From: Anolis carolinensis
Lineage: Eukaryota
Length of the DNA stretch: 64,000 nucleotides
Assembly: GCF_035594765.1 (NCBI RefSeq)
Contig: NC_085842.1
Location: 22,234,782 to 22,298,781, forward strand
Direction: 5' to 3'
Program-made: the position numbers and the translations under genes
Shown: positions 9,797-22,341 of the stretch, piece by piece
Layout of the letters: each line of letters begins with the position of its first letter
Position numbering within the stretch: the stretch's first letter is position 1
Notes under the pieces: generated by a model
Databases searched by the model: none
Seen by the model: the letters and a program-made list of their open reading frames with translations, nothing else
Told to the model about the DNA's origin: nothing

Positions 9797-10111
9797 CATA
9801 AACAATCCTGCAAGCACCTGGCGGGAGAAGATAAAATGAGCCTGGGAACTCAGAGTTGAAAGTGTAAACAATTATAATTGCTGTAGTGTGTGGGAATAGA
9901 AATCATGGTGGTAATGTGATCCCGAAGGTGGGGTTTGATGATGATATTTGCGTGTGATATTACGTTGCATCAGAAGTGATAAAATTAGATGTATGTAAAC
10001 ATTAGGTCATTCTCGACTTTTCCAAAGTCATGTATTCTTCAATAAAGATTGTGTTTGAGAGCAGCTATCTTTGATCTGCGTTCAGACTGGTCCTTTGAAG
10101 TGAGCCTGACA
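9741..10111 (+). repeat. 3' LTR (371 bp)
   Basis: Direct repeat of 4423-4793, preceded by the polypurine tract and followed by TSD CCATG. Confidence 0.97.
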
Positions 10112-11114
10112 CCATGACTAAAAGTACTGCCACACTGTGAGCACTGGAAGATTTCCCTGGAGTCCGAACATTTGGGCGTCATATCCGTGTGAGTCCGCAC
10201 ATGGAAAACCAGCTCTGAAATGACTTCAAAGGCTTTCCTGCAGACAAAACAGGCTAATGAATCTCCTCTTGAGTGGGTTCTCTCATGTTCGATAAGTTCA
10301 GACTTTTTGTTGAAGCTCTTCCCACAGTAGGAACACATCGCCATGTGCGTTCTTTCGTGGGCTCTCAAGCGCGGGCTGCAGCTGAAACACATCCCGCAAT
10401 ACGAACATTTGTACTGGTTTTCGCTGGTGTGAGTTCTCCGATGGACTCTGAGGCTTGAGAAGGTCCCAAAGTTTTCTGCGCACTTTGAACATTTATAAGG
10501 TTTCTCCCCTCTGTGGAGCCCCTGGTGCTGAAGGAAACTCGATATCTTCATGTATGCCTTCCCGCATATTGGACACACGTGTATTTTCTTCCTTCTCTGT
10601 TTTTCCTGCTGGGTGTTGTAGACAAAGGTATTCCCGCAAGTTGAGCATCTGTGTGGCTTCTGGCCCATGTGGATTCTTTCGCTTTCTCCGCAGTTCGAAC
10701 AGGTGTACAGTTTCTCCCCGACGTGGCTTCTTTCATGAGACAGAAGGTCAGAGCTGCTGCTGAAGCTTTGGCCACAATGCCAGCACTGATATGGCTTCTC
10801 CTTCTCCTCTTCATGGGGGCTGTTGGGCATTGTGAGGTGCAAACTCAGACCAAAGTTTTCGTCACGTTCCTCATATTTCACATTCTGAACCTCCTGGATG
10901 TTGGGTTCATTTTCGGTTTTGCAAACCACCTGTGGGCAAACCAACTGACACTCTCTCTCCTCTTCATCCCCTCCATTCTGCCTCTCTGGCTTATACTGAC
11001 TCTCATCAGGTTCTTGATCTGTTTTCAATAACATCACTGGGAGCTCCATTTGCTCAGGATGCTCCAAGATGGGTTTCTTCTCCTCCTCACTTTCTTCCAT
11101 CCACCCTCCATCTG
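10039..11114 (-). pseudogene. ZNF exon A: duplicated C2H2 terminal exon, last finger broken by the Gypsy insertion
   Basis: Near-identical to 24738-25774; acceptor CAGCAG at ~11115; 6 intact fingers, then the frame runs into the antisense LTR; no SCAN exon of its own upstream. Confidence 0.8.
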
Positions 11115-11645
11115 CTGAAAGAGAGACAAATATACAAAACATGAAACAGAGCTTTCCAAGATGAGTTAACTAGACAACACAACATAAATAAAGTAAATCA
11201 AAAACAACATGCTGAAAACAGAGGATTTCCAGACATGAATCAATAAGGGGCAGTAATGTCTCCGAACCAATGATTCCCCCAGTCAGGAAGAAACCAGGAC
11301 ATTAGCAAGGCCATTAATGCTAATCAAGGTGATTAAATACAACATTCATACTGGCCTCCAACAGACAAGAGTTCTTTCTCCCACCCTGGACCTTCCACAG
11401 ATATATAAACTTCCTTGCTTAGTTTTTTCCAATATACCCCACAACCTCTGAGGATGCCTGCCATAGATGTGGGTGAAACGTACTGAGAGAATGCTTCTGG
11501 AACATGGCCATACAGCCCGGAAAACACACAACAACCCTGTGATTCTGGCCATAAAACATAAAACATAAAAAAAACAATTCCTCAACCTTATTTTCACTAA
11601 TTTCACAGATAATATGAGGATATGTCCAATTTTGACCATTTATAG

Positions 11646-12022
11646 TAGGGGTCCTCAAACATTTTAAGCAGAGGGCCGGTCCAGAATCCTTCAGGCTATT
11701 GAGGGGCTGAATTATCACTTAAAAATACGAAAAAATTCCTCTGCACATTGCACATGTCTTATTTGAACAGCAATGAAAGAACAATACAATATTTTAAAAT
11801 AAAAACAATTTTAACCAACATAAACCTATCAGGATTTCAATGGGAAGTGTGGGCCTGCTTCTGGCCAATGAGATAGTCAAGTTAATTAGGATTGTTGTTG
11901 TTGTGTGCCTTCACGTCCTTTCAGACTTTGGGTGAGCCTAAGTCTAAAACTGAGGGGGGAGGCCAGAAAAATGACCTTGGAGGGCCACATCTGGCCCACG
12001 GGCCTTAGTTTTGGGGGCCCTG
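11646..12022. mobile_element. Non-autonomous hAT element
   Basis: TIRs TAGGGGTCCTCAAA / TTTGGGGGCCCTG; 8-bp TSD ATTTATAG/ATTTATAT; empty site ATTTATAG in the paralog at 26109-26116. Confidence 0.85.
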
Positions 12023-12761
12023 ATTTATATACTATAATAGAATGTATATATCTGTAAAATGTTTAAAAGCAGTGCTTACAAAATTTTACAAAAACTGTCC
12101 AGACCCTCCTTGAAAACTGCAGCTTTTATGTGGAATTTCAAGGCAGGAAAAGTAGATGGAGGAGGCAAAAGAATGGTTTACCCCAAGGCAACGTTCTTGC
12201 ACCAACCTTGTTTAACATCTTCCTAATGTTTAAACTGAATCATTTTTTGGTTGGTACCACCGCTATATCTATACGGGACACATTACTGGACTTCTCACTG
12301 AAATGTGATATTGCAGGTACTAGCAAATCCTATTGAAATGAACAGCTTCCAGAGGAAGCAAAATATTAAAGCATAATGGTTAAGATTAAGATCGCCTATT
12401 CCTATCATAATTACAACTATACTCCTCGACCTTTTGTACTGGTTGCTCTTTCCCTGATTACTTGATATTAATTCAGGGCTCCTCCCTACCCAATGTGACC
12501 TTGAATGAATCTATTGCACTTTATTTAAAAAATCTGTAACTTATAATGTGCACCTTGCTTATCCACTATTGCAACCTCATTGTTTTTAATTCGATGTTTT
12601 AATACTGTGTTGTTTTTTGTTTTTTTTCGGTTGCTGTGTATATATTATTATTGGTTTTGTTCTCTGATGTTTCATATTTTATTTTGTATTGTTTTGTATC
12701 CGATTTTGCTGTAAGCCGCCCCGAGTCCCCTTCGGGGGAGATGGAGGCGGGATATAAATAA

Positions 12762-12762
<1 letters not shown>

Positions 12763-12843
<81 letters not shown>
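12763..12843. repeat. (TTC)n(TTA)n microsatellite
   Basis: Direct reading; others are (AAT)n 27943-27991 and 55668-55714, (TA)n ~32187-32268, (GATA)n ~40975-41058. Confidence 0.95.
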
Positions 12844-12845
<2 letters not shown>

Positions 12846-13493
12846 TGGAGGACTTAGAAAATGTCTAGAGGGATTTGATTGTACTCTTTTATTAATATGG
12901 ATTCTCTCTAAATCTCTAGGTCATTCAGTACAACTCCATGATCAACTGTCAGCACAAGCTCACCACAGAGTTATACTGAGGACCTCAGCTGTATCAAACT
13001 TCTAGCTCTCATGGTGTTTGGGACTCTAGCTCCCAGAATTCCTGACCATTAGACAAGTGGGCTAGGACTTCTTGGAGTTGGGAGTCCCAAATGTCATGAA
13101 TAAATATGGTATATGTTTTGAACGAATTGAAGACACAATTCAAAAAGATTAAGACCTGCAATGACTAACTACCTGCTTACTGAACTGCAATTAAAAGTTG
13201 CTGATAAGAACTGTGACAAATAATTAACTGCTGACATTGCTGACGTGATAGGCTTTTGGGCAAAAACAACGTGTTTATATTAATTAGAGACAATGGTTCT
13301 TTTAAGTTAAGGAAATGTTTACAAGATTCCTGACATTAAGAAGAAAGTCAAAGCAGAGTTTCTTGAGAATCAACACCAATTGAATACTGTTTTTAATTCA
13401 CATTTTTCCCACATTCATGGAGCCCTGTGTCTCTAACAGAATACTGACTTTAAACCCAAACATTCCATATTAACACGAATAGACCTTTGATAT

Positions 13494-14524
13494 TCATTTC
13501 TCACCTCTATGGACTCTCTGGTGTGTCTTGAAGGCTGAGCCATGTTTAAAGTTATCTCCACATTCCAAGCAAATGAGGGTTTTCTTGGTATCAGGGCACT
13601 CTAGTTTCTTATCCTTGTGAGTCCGCACATGAGCCATCAGTTCCGAGTTGAATTTGAAGGCCTTCCCGCAGTCGAAACACACAAATGAATCCTCCCTGGC
13701 GTGGGTTCTCTCATGTTCAATAAGCTCAGACTTATTTCTGAAGCTTTTCCCACAGCTGGAGCAAACCACCACGTGGATTCGCTCGTGGGCTCTCAAACAC
13801 GCAATACTACTGAAACACATTTCGCACTGCAAACATTTATACTGCTTCTCTCCCGTGTGAGTCCGGCAGTGAGTTCGGAAATTCGAGTAGTTTCCAAAGT
13901 TTTCTCCACACGTCAAGCATTTGTAAGGTTTCTCTCCCCAGTGGACTCCCTGGTGTTTAAGCAAACCCGATCTGTGCATGTACTTTTCCCCACATTCTGC
14001 ACAAGTATGGAATTTCTTCCCTCCATTTGTTTCCTCTTGAGGGTTGCAGCCAAAGGTGTTCCCACAGTGAGAACATTTGTGGGGCCTCTGTCCCATGTGG
14101 ATCCTCTCACTTCCTCCACAGTGGGAGCATCTATACAACTGTTCGCCCACGTGGTTTCGCTCATGAGACAGAAGATCTGAGCTGCTGCTGAAGCTTTGGC
14201 CGCAGTGCCAACACTTGTACGGCTTCTCCAATTCAAGAGAGCTCTCCTGCGTGCCTTGTTTGCATCTATCATATTTCATATCGACATCCTGTTGGATAGT
14301 GGACTCATCACCACCTTTACAACCACCGTGTGAATCAACATACAGATCCCTTTTCTCCTCTGTGGCATTCCCATTCTGCCCGTCTGTCTTCTGTTGACCT
14401 TTCTCAGATTCTCCCTGACACAGAAAATGGTTATCATTTTCTGTTTTCAGGAATGCTGACATTTTCTCAGGTCTATCCAGGAACGGATTTTCTTCCTTCC
14501 TGTCTTTCAGCCACTCACCGATTT
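13494..14524 (-). CDS. Gene C coding exon 3 (7 C2H2 fingers plus 2 degenerate); full protein 618 aa
   Basis: Acceptor TTTCTCCTAG at 14525, phase 1, in frame with ORF 13494..14462. Confidence 0.9.
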
Positions 14525-14857
14525 CTAGGAGAAATATCAGAATGCAAAAATATATGGATGCTGAAGTCCCATTATATACAATGGTGTAGTAAAATGTTAT
14601 CCCTTGTATAAAATGGAAAAGTCAAGCTTTCCTTTTGAGATTTTTTTTCCAACGGGAAGGGATTTTCAAGCTATGAATGGTAGATTCTATTAATATGGAG
14701 GGCCATATTTTAATAAATAACTAATAGCCAATTAAAAGACCATACACAGAAAAGTATCAGATAGTAGGTTCTTCTAAATACAGTCAGTTCCTGAGTTACA
14801 AACAATATAGGTTCTGTAAGTTTGTTTTTAGGTTGAATCTTTATGTAAGTTTAAACA

Positions 14858-15183
14858 GGAGCCGCCGTGGCACAGAGGGTTAAACTTGCTGAACTTGCTA
14901 ACTGAAAGATTGATGATTTGAATCCAGGGAAAGGGGTGAGCTCCCACTGTTAGCCCCAGCTTCTGCCAACCTAGCAGTTTGAAAACATGCAAATGTGAGT
15001 AAATCAATAGGTACTGATCTGGCAGGAAGGTAACGGCGCTCCATGCAGTCATGCCAGCCACATGACCTTGGAGGTGTCTATGGACAATGCTGCCTCTTTG
15101 GCTTAGAAATGGAGATGAGGACTAGCCCTCGGAGTTGGACACAACTAGACTCAATGTTAAGGGGAAACTTTTGCCTTTACCTT
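14858..15183 (+). mobile_element. Sauria SINE
   Basis: tRNA-like head, (ACCTTT)-type tail, TSD TTTAAACAGG; other copies at 40638-40964(-), 50250-50572(+), 52910-53140(-), 53364-53686(-), 57845-58085(+). Confidence 0.85.
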
Positions 15184-16153
15184 TTTAAACAGGCACATTT
15201 TAAAAGTCTGATTCCAATCAATTTGTTTTAGTTTTGGATGCCATAGGGAAGGGTTATCACCCTTGTGGTGTTTGTTTTGCTGTATGTGCCCCTGTTCAGA
15301 AGATTTTCAACATTTTGGATTGTCGTGGAAACAAGGATTGGTGATAAAGCTTCAGTGAAGGTACCTTTTCCCAATGAGATCTCTTACAGGAGTTAATTAC
15401 CCTTCCTAGGGGTAGAATTCCTCTCACTTCCTTTGGAACTAGCAGTTGTATACAAATCAGATGCTTGTAACTTGGGGACTGCCTGTAGTCCACACATCCA
15501 AGGGGCTTGAGCAATGAAAAGACAACCTCCTTATTTCAGACTCTGGCAAGTAAAATTTATTATTTTATTTATTTCCCACATTTGTACCCTGCCCTTCTTG
15601 CCCCGAAGGGGACTCAAGACAGCCTTACAACAGGCAACAATTCAATGCCAATGACATACAATTCAGAAAATAAACAATTATAATTAAAAACCAAACAGTT
15701 AAAAACATCTAATTATAAAAGCATCAAGTAAAATCATGAAAATTCAAGTAATATTCCAAGGCCTGTCCAGTTATCAGTCGTATTAATTCATTTTCATTAT
15801 TGCACTGCATTAATTACTGCTTGAATGCTTGGTCCCACAGCCACGTCTTACGTTTTTTCCTGAAGGTCAGGAGGGAGGGGGCTGACCTGATTTCATTGTG
15901 GAGGAAGTTCCACAGACGAGGGGACACCACTGAGGAGGCCCTGTCTCTCATCCCCACCAGTTCCCCCCCCCCCCCCCCCGACGATCTTAACCTCCGAGAT
16001 GGATCATAAAGGGCCAGGTAAGCTGTGCCAGCAACAAATGAAGACTTTTTAAACATTACCTTTTCTGAATACAACTCTCAGAATTCCTCTGTATAAGCAG
16101 GTCACCTTCTCAACTTGCTCCACAAGTGCCTTCATAAGAAAATGGAGACTCAC

Positions 16154-16229
16154 CCAATAGGTTTGCACTGGCTTTATCTTTCTGTTTGGTTTCATGCCTA
16201 TCTTCCGTGTCTGAAAGCTCCTGCATTTC
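16154..16229 (-). CDS. Gene C coding exon 2 (76 nt, EMQELSDTEDRHETKQKDKASANLL)
   Basis: Acceptor TCTTCCCCAG, donor G|GTGAGT, open frame, phase 0 to 1, joins exons 1 and 3 in frame. Confidence 0.75.
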
Positions 16230-16581
16230 CTGGGGAAGATTTATAAACTTTGAATGCATGAAGCAAATTAAGGAAATACAGAACATGGTTTAGACAAATT
16301 ATTCTGGGTACCAAAGGATAACTACCTATGGTATATTTGAACTTGGAAACCAACTACAAAGTCCAATCCACTCTAATTAGGCTCAGATTGTTGTCGAAAC
16401 AACTTTAATTTATGACAACCCTTTGAATGACAGATCTTGATTCTCAGTTGACAACTCATATCTTGAAAACTGAGGATTGTGACTTCCTTGATTGAATTAA
16501 TCCACCTATAGAGAAAACTTCTTTTTCTACTGCTTTCCAAGCATTATCAACCTTTCCAATGAATCACATCATTTCATGACA

Positions 16582-16872
16582 CAGTAGAGTCTCACTTATC
16601 CAAGACTCGCTTATCCAAGGTTCTGGATTATCTAATGAATTTTTGTAGTTAATGTTTTCAATATATCATGATATTTTGATGCTAAATTCGTAAATATAGT
16701 AATTGCAACATAACATTACTGCGTATTGAACTACTTTTTCTGTCAAATTTGTTGTATAACATGATGTTTTGATGCTTAATAGGCTTTTCCTTAATCTCTC
16801 CTTATTATCGAAGATATTCACTTATCCAAGCTTCTGCCAGCCCGTTTAGCTTGGATAAGTGAGACTCTACTG
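16582..16872. mobile_element. Tc1/mariner (pogo/Tigger-like) MITE family, ~290-330 bp
   Basis: TIR CAGTAGAGTCTCACTTATCCAA with TA flanks in most copies; others at 19188-20904 (split by RTE), 29180-29492, 29724-30044, ~41056-41379, 43124-43431, 52484-52805, 59106-59428, 60848-61176, 61488-61810. Confidence 0.88.
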
Positions 16873-17379
16873 TATTTCCAAAGTACAACAGCCTCAGTTT
16901 GGTCTTTCTGGCTTCTAGGGAAAATCCAGGCTTGATTTACTCTAAGACCCATTAATCTTTTTGGCAACCCATGATCATTTCTCCAGCCCCATATTTCACA
17001 TGACAGTATTGAGGAGTTACTAGTTTGGATGACAATTACACTGCATTCGCAAGATTGTACTCCTCTCACAAAGGTTTGACGTGGGCCTTAAAAATATTTT
17101 TGTGGGACATGGGGCATCCAGAGATCTCCCACAAACAGAAATATTTCAAATTATTTTCAAAGCCATGAAGACGGGTCTCTTGGAAACCTCCAAAGGGAGT
17201 TGTGTCTCATAACCCCTAGACCTGTCCCTCCCAAACTGCAAAACCAACTTGCTACATAAAAATAGCCACTGTTAGCTGCCAAACAGCCATTACCTGGGTT
17301 GAAACTGCCAGGTAGCCAAATTATCTTTCCTTATTGATAAAAGCGCCTCAAAACAGTTTTTCAAGGAGGCCCTGCTCAC

Positions 17380-18129
17380 CTGCTCTTCCAAGTCTCTGTC
17401 TCTTTGCTGACTCTGCAGGAAATCTTCTGCCAGGGCCACAGCCTTGGCACATGTCACGGGGCCATTGTCCCAGAGGTAGCCCAGCATCTCTGCTGGGACC
17501 ATAGCCAGAAAATGTTCCAAGGTCACCAGCTCCAGCATCCGCTCCTTGGTGTTTCTGTCTGGGTTCAGCCACTTCCGACACTGCTGCTGGAGCTGCTTGC
17601 AAAGCTCCCGAGGCCCATCAGCCTCTTGGTAACGCAAGGTCCGAAAATGCTGGCGCCGCATCTCCAACCTGGCAGCATCTCCAGCTAAGGCTTTCTCCCT
17701 TTTCTTCCCATAGCTATCAGCATCCAGGTGGGCCCCGAATACCAACTGGGTTCCCTCAACAAGATGTGGCTGAGTTCTTGGGGAAACACACAACTTGCTA
17801 GCCTGCTTGTTGGGTTTTGTCTCTCCCTGGGAGGGCACTTCCGATGTTTTAGGATCCCTTTGTTGTTCCACCTCAGAGGTTTGTGGGGTTTCCTCTTCTG
17901 AACAAACCGGCTGCAGTGTCCTAAGAAACTCTTCCAACTGCGCATCCCAGTTCTTTGACGGCTCTTCTACTGGTTCCTGTTTTATCCTTTGAGGATCTTC
18001 TTCTCTGCTTCCCCGATGCTCTTCACTTGCATTCTCATCTTCTGCCTCAAGGCCTACTGAATCCTGCTCTTCCATTTTTATTTCTGGAAGCAGAAAAACA
18101 GTAACCCCTGTCTCCTGAGGGTCATCCAT
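17380..18129 (-). CDS. SCAN-ZNF gene C, coding exon 1 (SCAN domain)
   Basis: RQHFRTLRYQEADGPRELC..W.L.P..TKE.MLELVTLEHFL SCAN motif; donor CAG|GTGAGC; 750 nt, phase 0. Confidence 0.9.
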
Positions 18130-19301
18130 TTCCTATCACAGAAACCAGGATCCTTGTATTTATTTGTTCTCCCTCTTTTAGTTGCACCCCTTGAAGAATG
18201 CCTCAGTACAGCTGCTTTGTCCTTCAAGTCTGATCAGTCCAACAGGTTCATTAAAAAACAGTTCAGATATCATCCAGCCCTTGTAAGGCCTTGCAGTTAC
18301 TGATGGAGGCCAACCATACTTTAGGATGATATGTCTGGTGTTTGTTGTTCATTTGTTTCTTCCTTCCTCTCATGTATATCCCATCATTCTCCCAAAATGT
18401 GATTGAGGGTTAAGAGGAAATCTTGCTAAGAAGAAAAAATGACACATAGTGAAAAGAAGGTAAGGGAGGCCAAAGGCTCAAACCTCTAGAATTATTTAAT
18501 TGTATGAGAAAGTTAGTATTTTATTCTATACATTCACGTACAGCAGTATTCATATACAGCACTCACGTTTTCAAGTACCCTCAGCTTCCTTTAGTCGTCA
18601 GTAAATTGTAAGAACTTCAGTGCATAGACCAAAAACCTAACTATTCCAGGATTCTGTTCCCACTGCAATCAACAAGTTGTATCCTGGAAAGTCTCTTTCT
18701 CTGGAGATTTTTAAGCAGTCTGGAAGGCCATCTTTCGGGAGTGCTTGGATGGCGTCTTCCTTTATGGAAAAATTGAGATAGACTGGATAGCCCTGTGGTC
18801 TCTTCCAACTCTCTATGTGTCTATGATCCACAAGCCAAACATAAAGGCAATAGCATCTTTCTGTTCATATTCGCCAGGAATTCATAACTCATGAGCATGC
18901 TTCCTCTGAAAGTAATATACAGACATATCTCAGTTAACACAGTAGGCCTTGAGGCAGTAGGCCTTCTAGGGGCAGCTGCTCTTCACTATGGCTGATGTTA
19001 ACAAGTACACGGTGCTACAATAAGATTGATTGGAAGAGCATCCCATTTTTAATACTCTGAGCTTCATTGCATTGTTTACTGCTGGCATCTTGCTGCAGCC
19101 CAGCACCAAAAGGTTGTGTTTCTACCATCTCCCATCACTATCCTCCTGATAGCAATGCCACCTAGAAAAGGAAGAGGAAGAAAAGTACAGTAGAGTCTCA
19201 CTTATCCAACACTCGCTTATCCAACGTTCTGGATTATCCAATGCATTTTTGGAGTCAATGCTTTCAATATATCGTGATATTTTGGTGCTAAATTCATAAA
19301 T

Positions 19302-20682
19302 TACTTACTTACTTACTTACTTAGGCGATCCCTCGTCGTTTGAGGACGATAGTCTTCCAACCTTGGTATCTTGGGCGTGTGTTCTTAGGTGACTGAAGAG
19401 ACCGATTCTTGACCCGCATATTCTCCCGCAGTGAGGACATCGGTTTCCAGGTGGAAGGCGGTCCCGGTCGGGGTTAGCTTGACGCTCCTTCCTCTTGGCA
19501 CGTTTCTCCCTTAAGCCCTCCGTTCGTGCCTCTTTGAACTCCGCAGCACTGCTGGTCACAGCTGACCTCCAATTAGAGCGCTCAAGGGCCAGGGCTTCCC
19601 AGTTCTCAGTGTCTATGCCACAGTTTTTAAGGTTGGCTTTGAGCCCATCTTTAAATCTCTTTTCCTGCCCACCAACATTCCGTTTTCCATTCTTGAGTTC
19701 GGAGTAGAGGAGCTGCTTTGGGAAACGGTGATCGGGCATTCGGACAACGTGGCCAGTCCAGCGGAGTTGATGGCGTAGGAGCATCGCTTCAATGCTGGTG
19801 GTCTTTGCTTCCTCAAGCACGCTGACATTTGTCCGCCTGTCTTCCCAAGAGATTTGCAGGATTTTCCTGAGGCAACGCTGATGGAAACGCTCCAGGAGTT
19901 TGGTGTGACGTCTGTACACAGTCCACGTTTCGCAGGCGTAGAGCAGGGTTGGGAGGACAATAGCTTTATAAACAAGCACCTTGGTCTCTCTACGGATGTC
20001 CCGGTCATCAAACACTCTCTGCTTCATACGGAAAAATGCTGCACTCGCAGAGCTCAGGCGGTGTTGTATTTCAGTGTCGATGTTGACTTTTGTGGAGAGG
20101 TGGCTACCAAGGTAGTGGAAATGGTCAACATTTTCTAATGTTACACCGTTAAGCTGTATTCCTGGCTTTGCAGAGGGATTAGCTGGTGCCTGTTGGAGTT
20201 CTATAACAGATGTTGTGGTGACCTTGGTTTTGGCTCTCAGTCTGCTGAGGTTAAATAGCTTGCCATCTGTCCGATAGATGATTTCCACTCCGGTGGGAAG
20301 CTTCCCATCAACAAGGTGAAGTATCATAGCGATGAAGATGGAAAATAAGGTGGGGGCAATAACACAACCCTGCTTGACACCTGATTCCACCTTAAATGGG
20401 TCACTTTGGGAGCCGTTGCTGTCCAAGACTGTTGCCATCATGTCATCATGGAGGAGCCGCAGGATGTTCACAAATTTGTCAGGGCACCCGATTTTTTGGA
20501 GGATGGTCCAGAGAGCGCTGCGATTCACTGTGTCGAATGCCTTTGCAAGGTCAATGACTGCCATGTACAGAGGTTGGTTTTGTTCCCTGCATTTTTCTTG
20601 GAGCTGTCGTGCAGTGAAGATCATGTCCACTGTTCCTCTGGAGGGACGGAAGCCATTCTGGGATTCTGGGAGGGTGTCTTCA
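19302..20682 (-). mobile_element. 5'-truncated RTE-clade LINE nested in a Tc1/mariner MITE
   Basis: RT motifs DLAKAFD, GVKQGC..PTLF, YLGS; C-terminal CPHC..H..H; (GTAA)n tail; 13-bp TSD TAAATTCATAAAT at 19289-19301 and 20683-20695; YADD segment deleted. Confidence 0.92.
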
Positions 20683-21150
20683 TAAATTCATAAATACAGT
20701 AATTACTACATAGCATTACTGCGTATTGAACTACTTTTTCTGCCAAATTTGTTGTCTAACATTATGTTTTGGTGCTTCATTTGTAAAATCATAACTTAAT
20801 TTGATGTTTAATAGGCTTATCCTTAATCCCTCCTTATTATCCAACATATTCGCTTATCCAACATTCTGCCGGCCCGTTTATGTTGGATAAGTGAGACTCT
20901 ACTGTAAATGTAAACTTTAAAAGTGTAAAAAAAAAAGTTCTGTAGCAGAATTCAGTATTGTTTTTATAATGTTGATTTTACTGCGTTTTATTGTTGTGAT
21001 ATGCCTTGTTGTATTTGTTTGTTTTCGGGCCTTGTCTCGTGTTAGCCGCCCCGAGTCCCTGTTGGGAGATGGGGCGGGATAGAAAAATAAAGTTACTTAC
21101 TTACTTACTGTGCACTGATAATGGAGAGAACCCATTTCAGCTCTATTTAC

Positions 21151-21440
21151 CTCCTTTCCCTCCGGAAAACTCATTGAACTCGCTCATGTTGGGCGATCCT
21201 CTGCATTCAGGCTTCCTGCAATCCCCAGGAACGTGGGATGCCCTCAGTTCAGAAGCCCAAGTTCTTGTTTTCTAGCCGAGGCCGAGATGGAGGGACACCG
21301 AAAGGGAATGTTTTCTGTGTGGCGCCTCCACTTGTTGTCTGCTTCGAGCCGCTCTAGGATGTGAGCCCTATCACTTTAACTCCTTCAAAGCCAAAGCTGT
21401 GCTTGACGAGGAGAGTTTGGCCTGTCCAATAGGGATGCTG
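21151..21440 (-). promoter_or_regulatory. Probable non-coding exon 1 and promoter of gene C
   Basis: Donor GAG|GTAAAT at 21151/21150, local CpGs, CCAAT at ~21426; non-TE sequence conserved in the paralogous block 290-570. Confidence 0.5.
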
Positions 21441-21581
21441 TTTTGACCAGGGAAGTTATGCATTTAAAGATCTTTATGAAGTATCTCAAGGGCCTATTTT
21501 AACACACACACACACACACATATAATGTGTATTTTGATATATGTATTTGGTAGAAATATATTTTAATATGTGATATATATA

Positions 21582-22292
21582 TCTATATATATAAATGAGT
21601 GATGGCATCATGGTGACCAACAAAACAACAAAACTACAGGCCCCCCAACCTCGAAATTTGACAACACAACCCATCATCCATGCCTCTAGGTTGACACAAC
21701 AAAAAGAAATGAAAAATAAAGTCCTAATTAGAGGGAGAGCAATAATTGTTTTTATCCAATTGCTTCCAGTTAGAGGACTAATCTCTGCCCACTTGGTCTC
21801 CTAGCAACCAACTCAGCCCAGGGGACAGGCAGACTTAGGCCTCGGCCTGTTTCACAGATTATCTAATTTGCACTGGATTATATGGCAGTGTAGACTCAAG
21901 GCCCTTCCACACAGCTATATAACCCATTTATAATCTTATATTATCTGCTTTGCACTGGATTATCTGGACTCCACACTGCCATATAATCCACTTCAGTGTG
22001 CATTTTATACAGCTGTGAAGAAGGGGCCTCATATAATCCAGTTCTAAGCAGATAATATAAGATTATAAATATAATATGTAATAATTACTGTGATATAGAA
22101 TCATAGAATAGTAGAGTTGGAAGAGACCTCATGGGCCATCCAGTCCAACCCCATTCTGCCAAGAAGCAGGAAATCGCATTCAAAGCGATTAATAATAATA
22201 CAGAACAATATAATCTCTAAAATCAGGACAGTAAATAAAGAGCAACACTCTGAAAGCATAAGCCACAGCAACGCGTGGCCAGGCACAGCTAG
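21582..22292 (+). mobile_element. Non-autonomous Helitron (contains a CR1 tail fragment ~22096-22185)
   Basis: A|TC start, GCCACAGCAACGCGTGGC hairpin, CTAG|T end, no TSD. Confidence 0.82.
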
Positions 22293-22300
22293 TATGTGTG

Positions 22301-22341
<41 letters not shown>

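Larger units (their letters stand above)
4423..10111 (+). mobile_element. Full-length Ty3/Gypsy LTR retrotransposon (Tf1/sushi-like)
   Basis: Two 371-bp direct LTRs with TGTCA...TGACA termini; 5-bp TSD CCATG at 4418-4422 and 10112-10116; one gag-PR-RT-RH-IN ORF; purine tract before the 3' LTR; the paralogous ZNF exon near 24787 shows the empty site with one CCATG. Confidence 0.98.
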
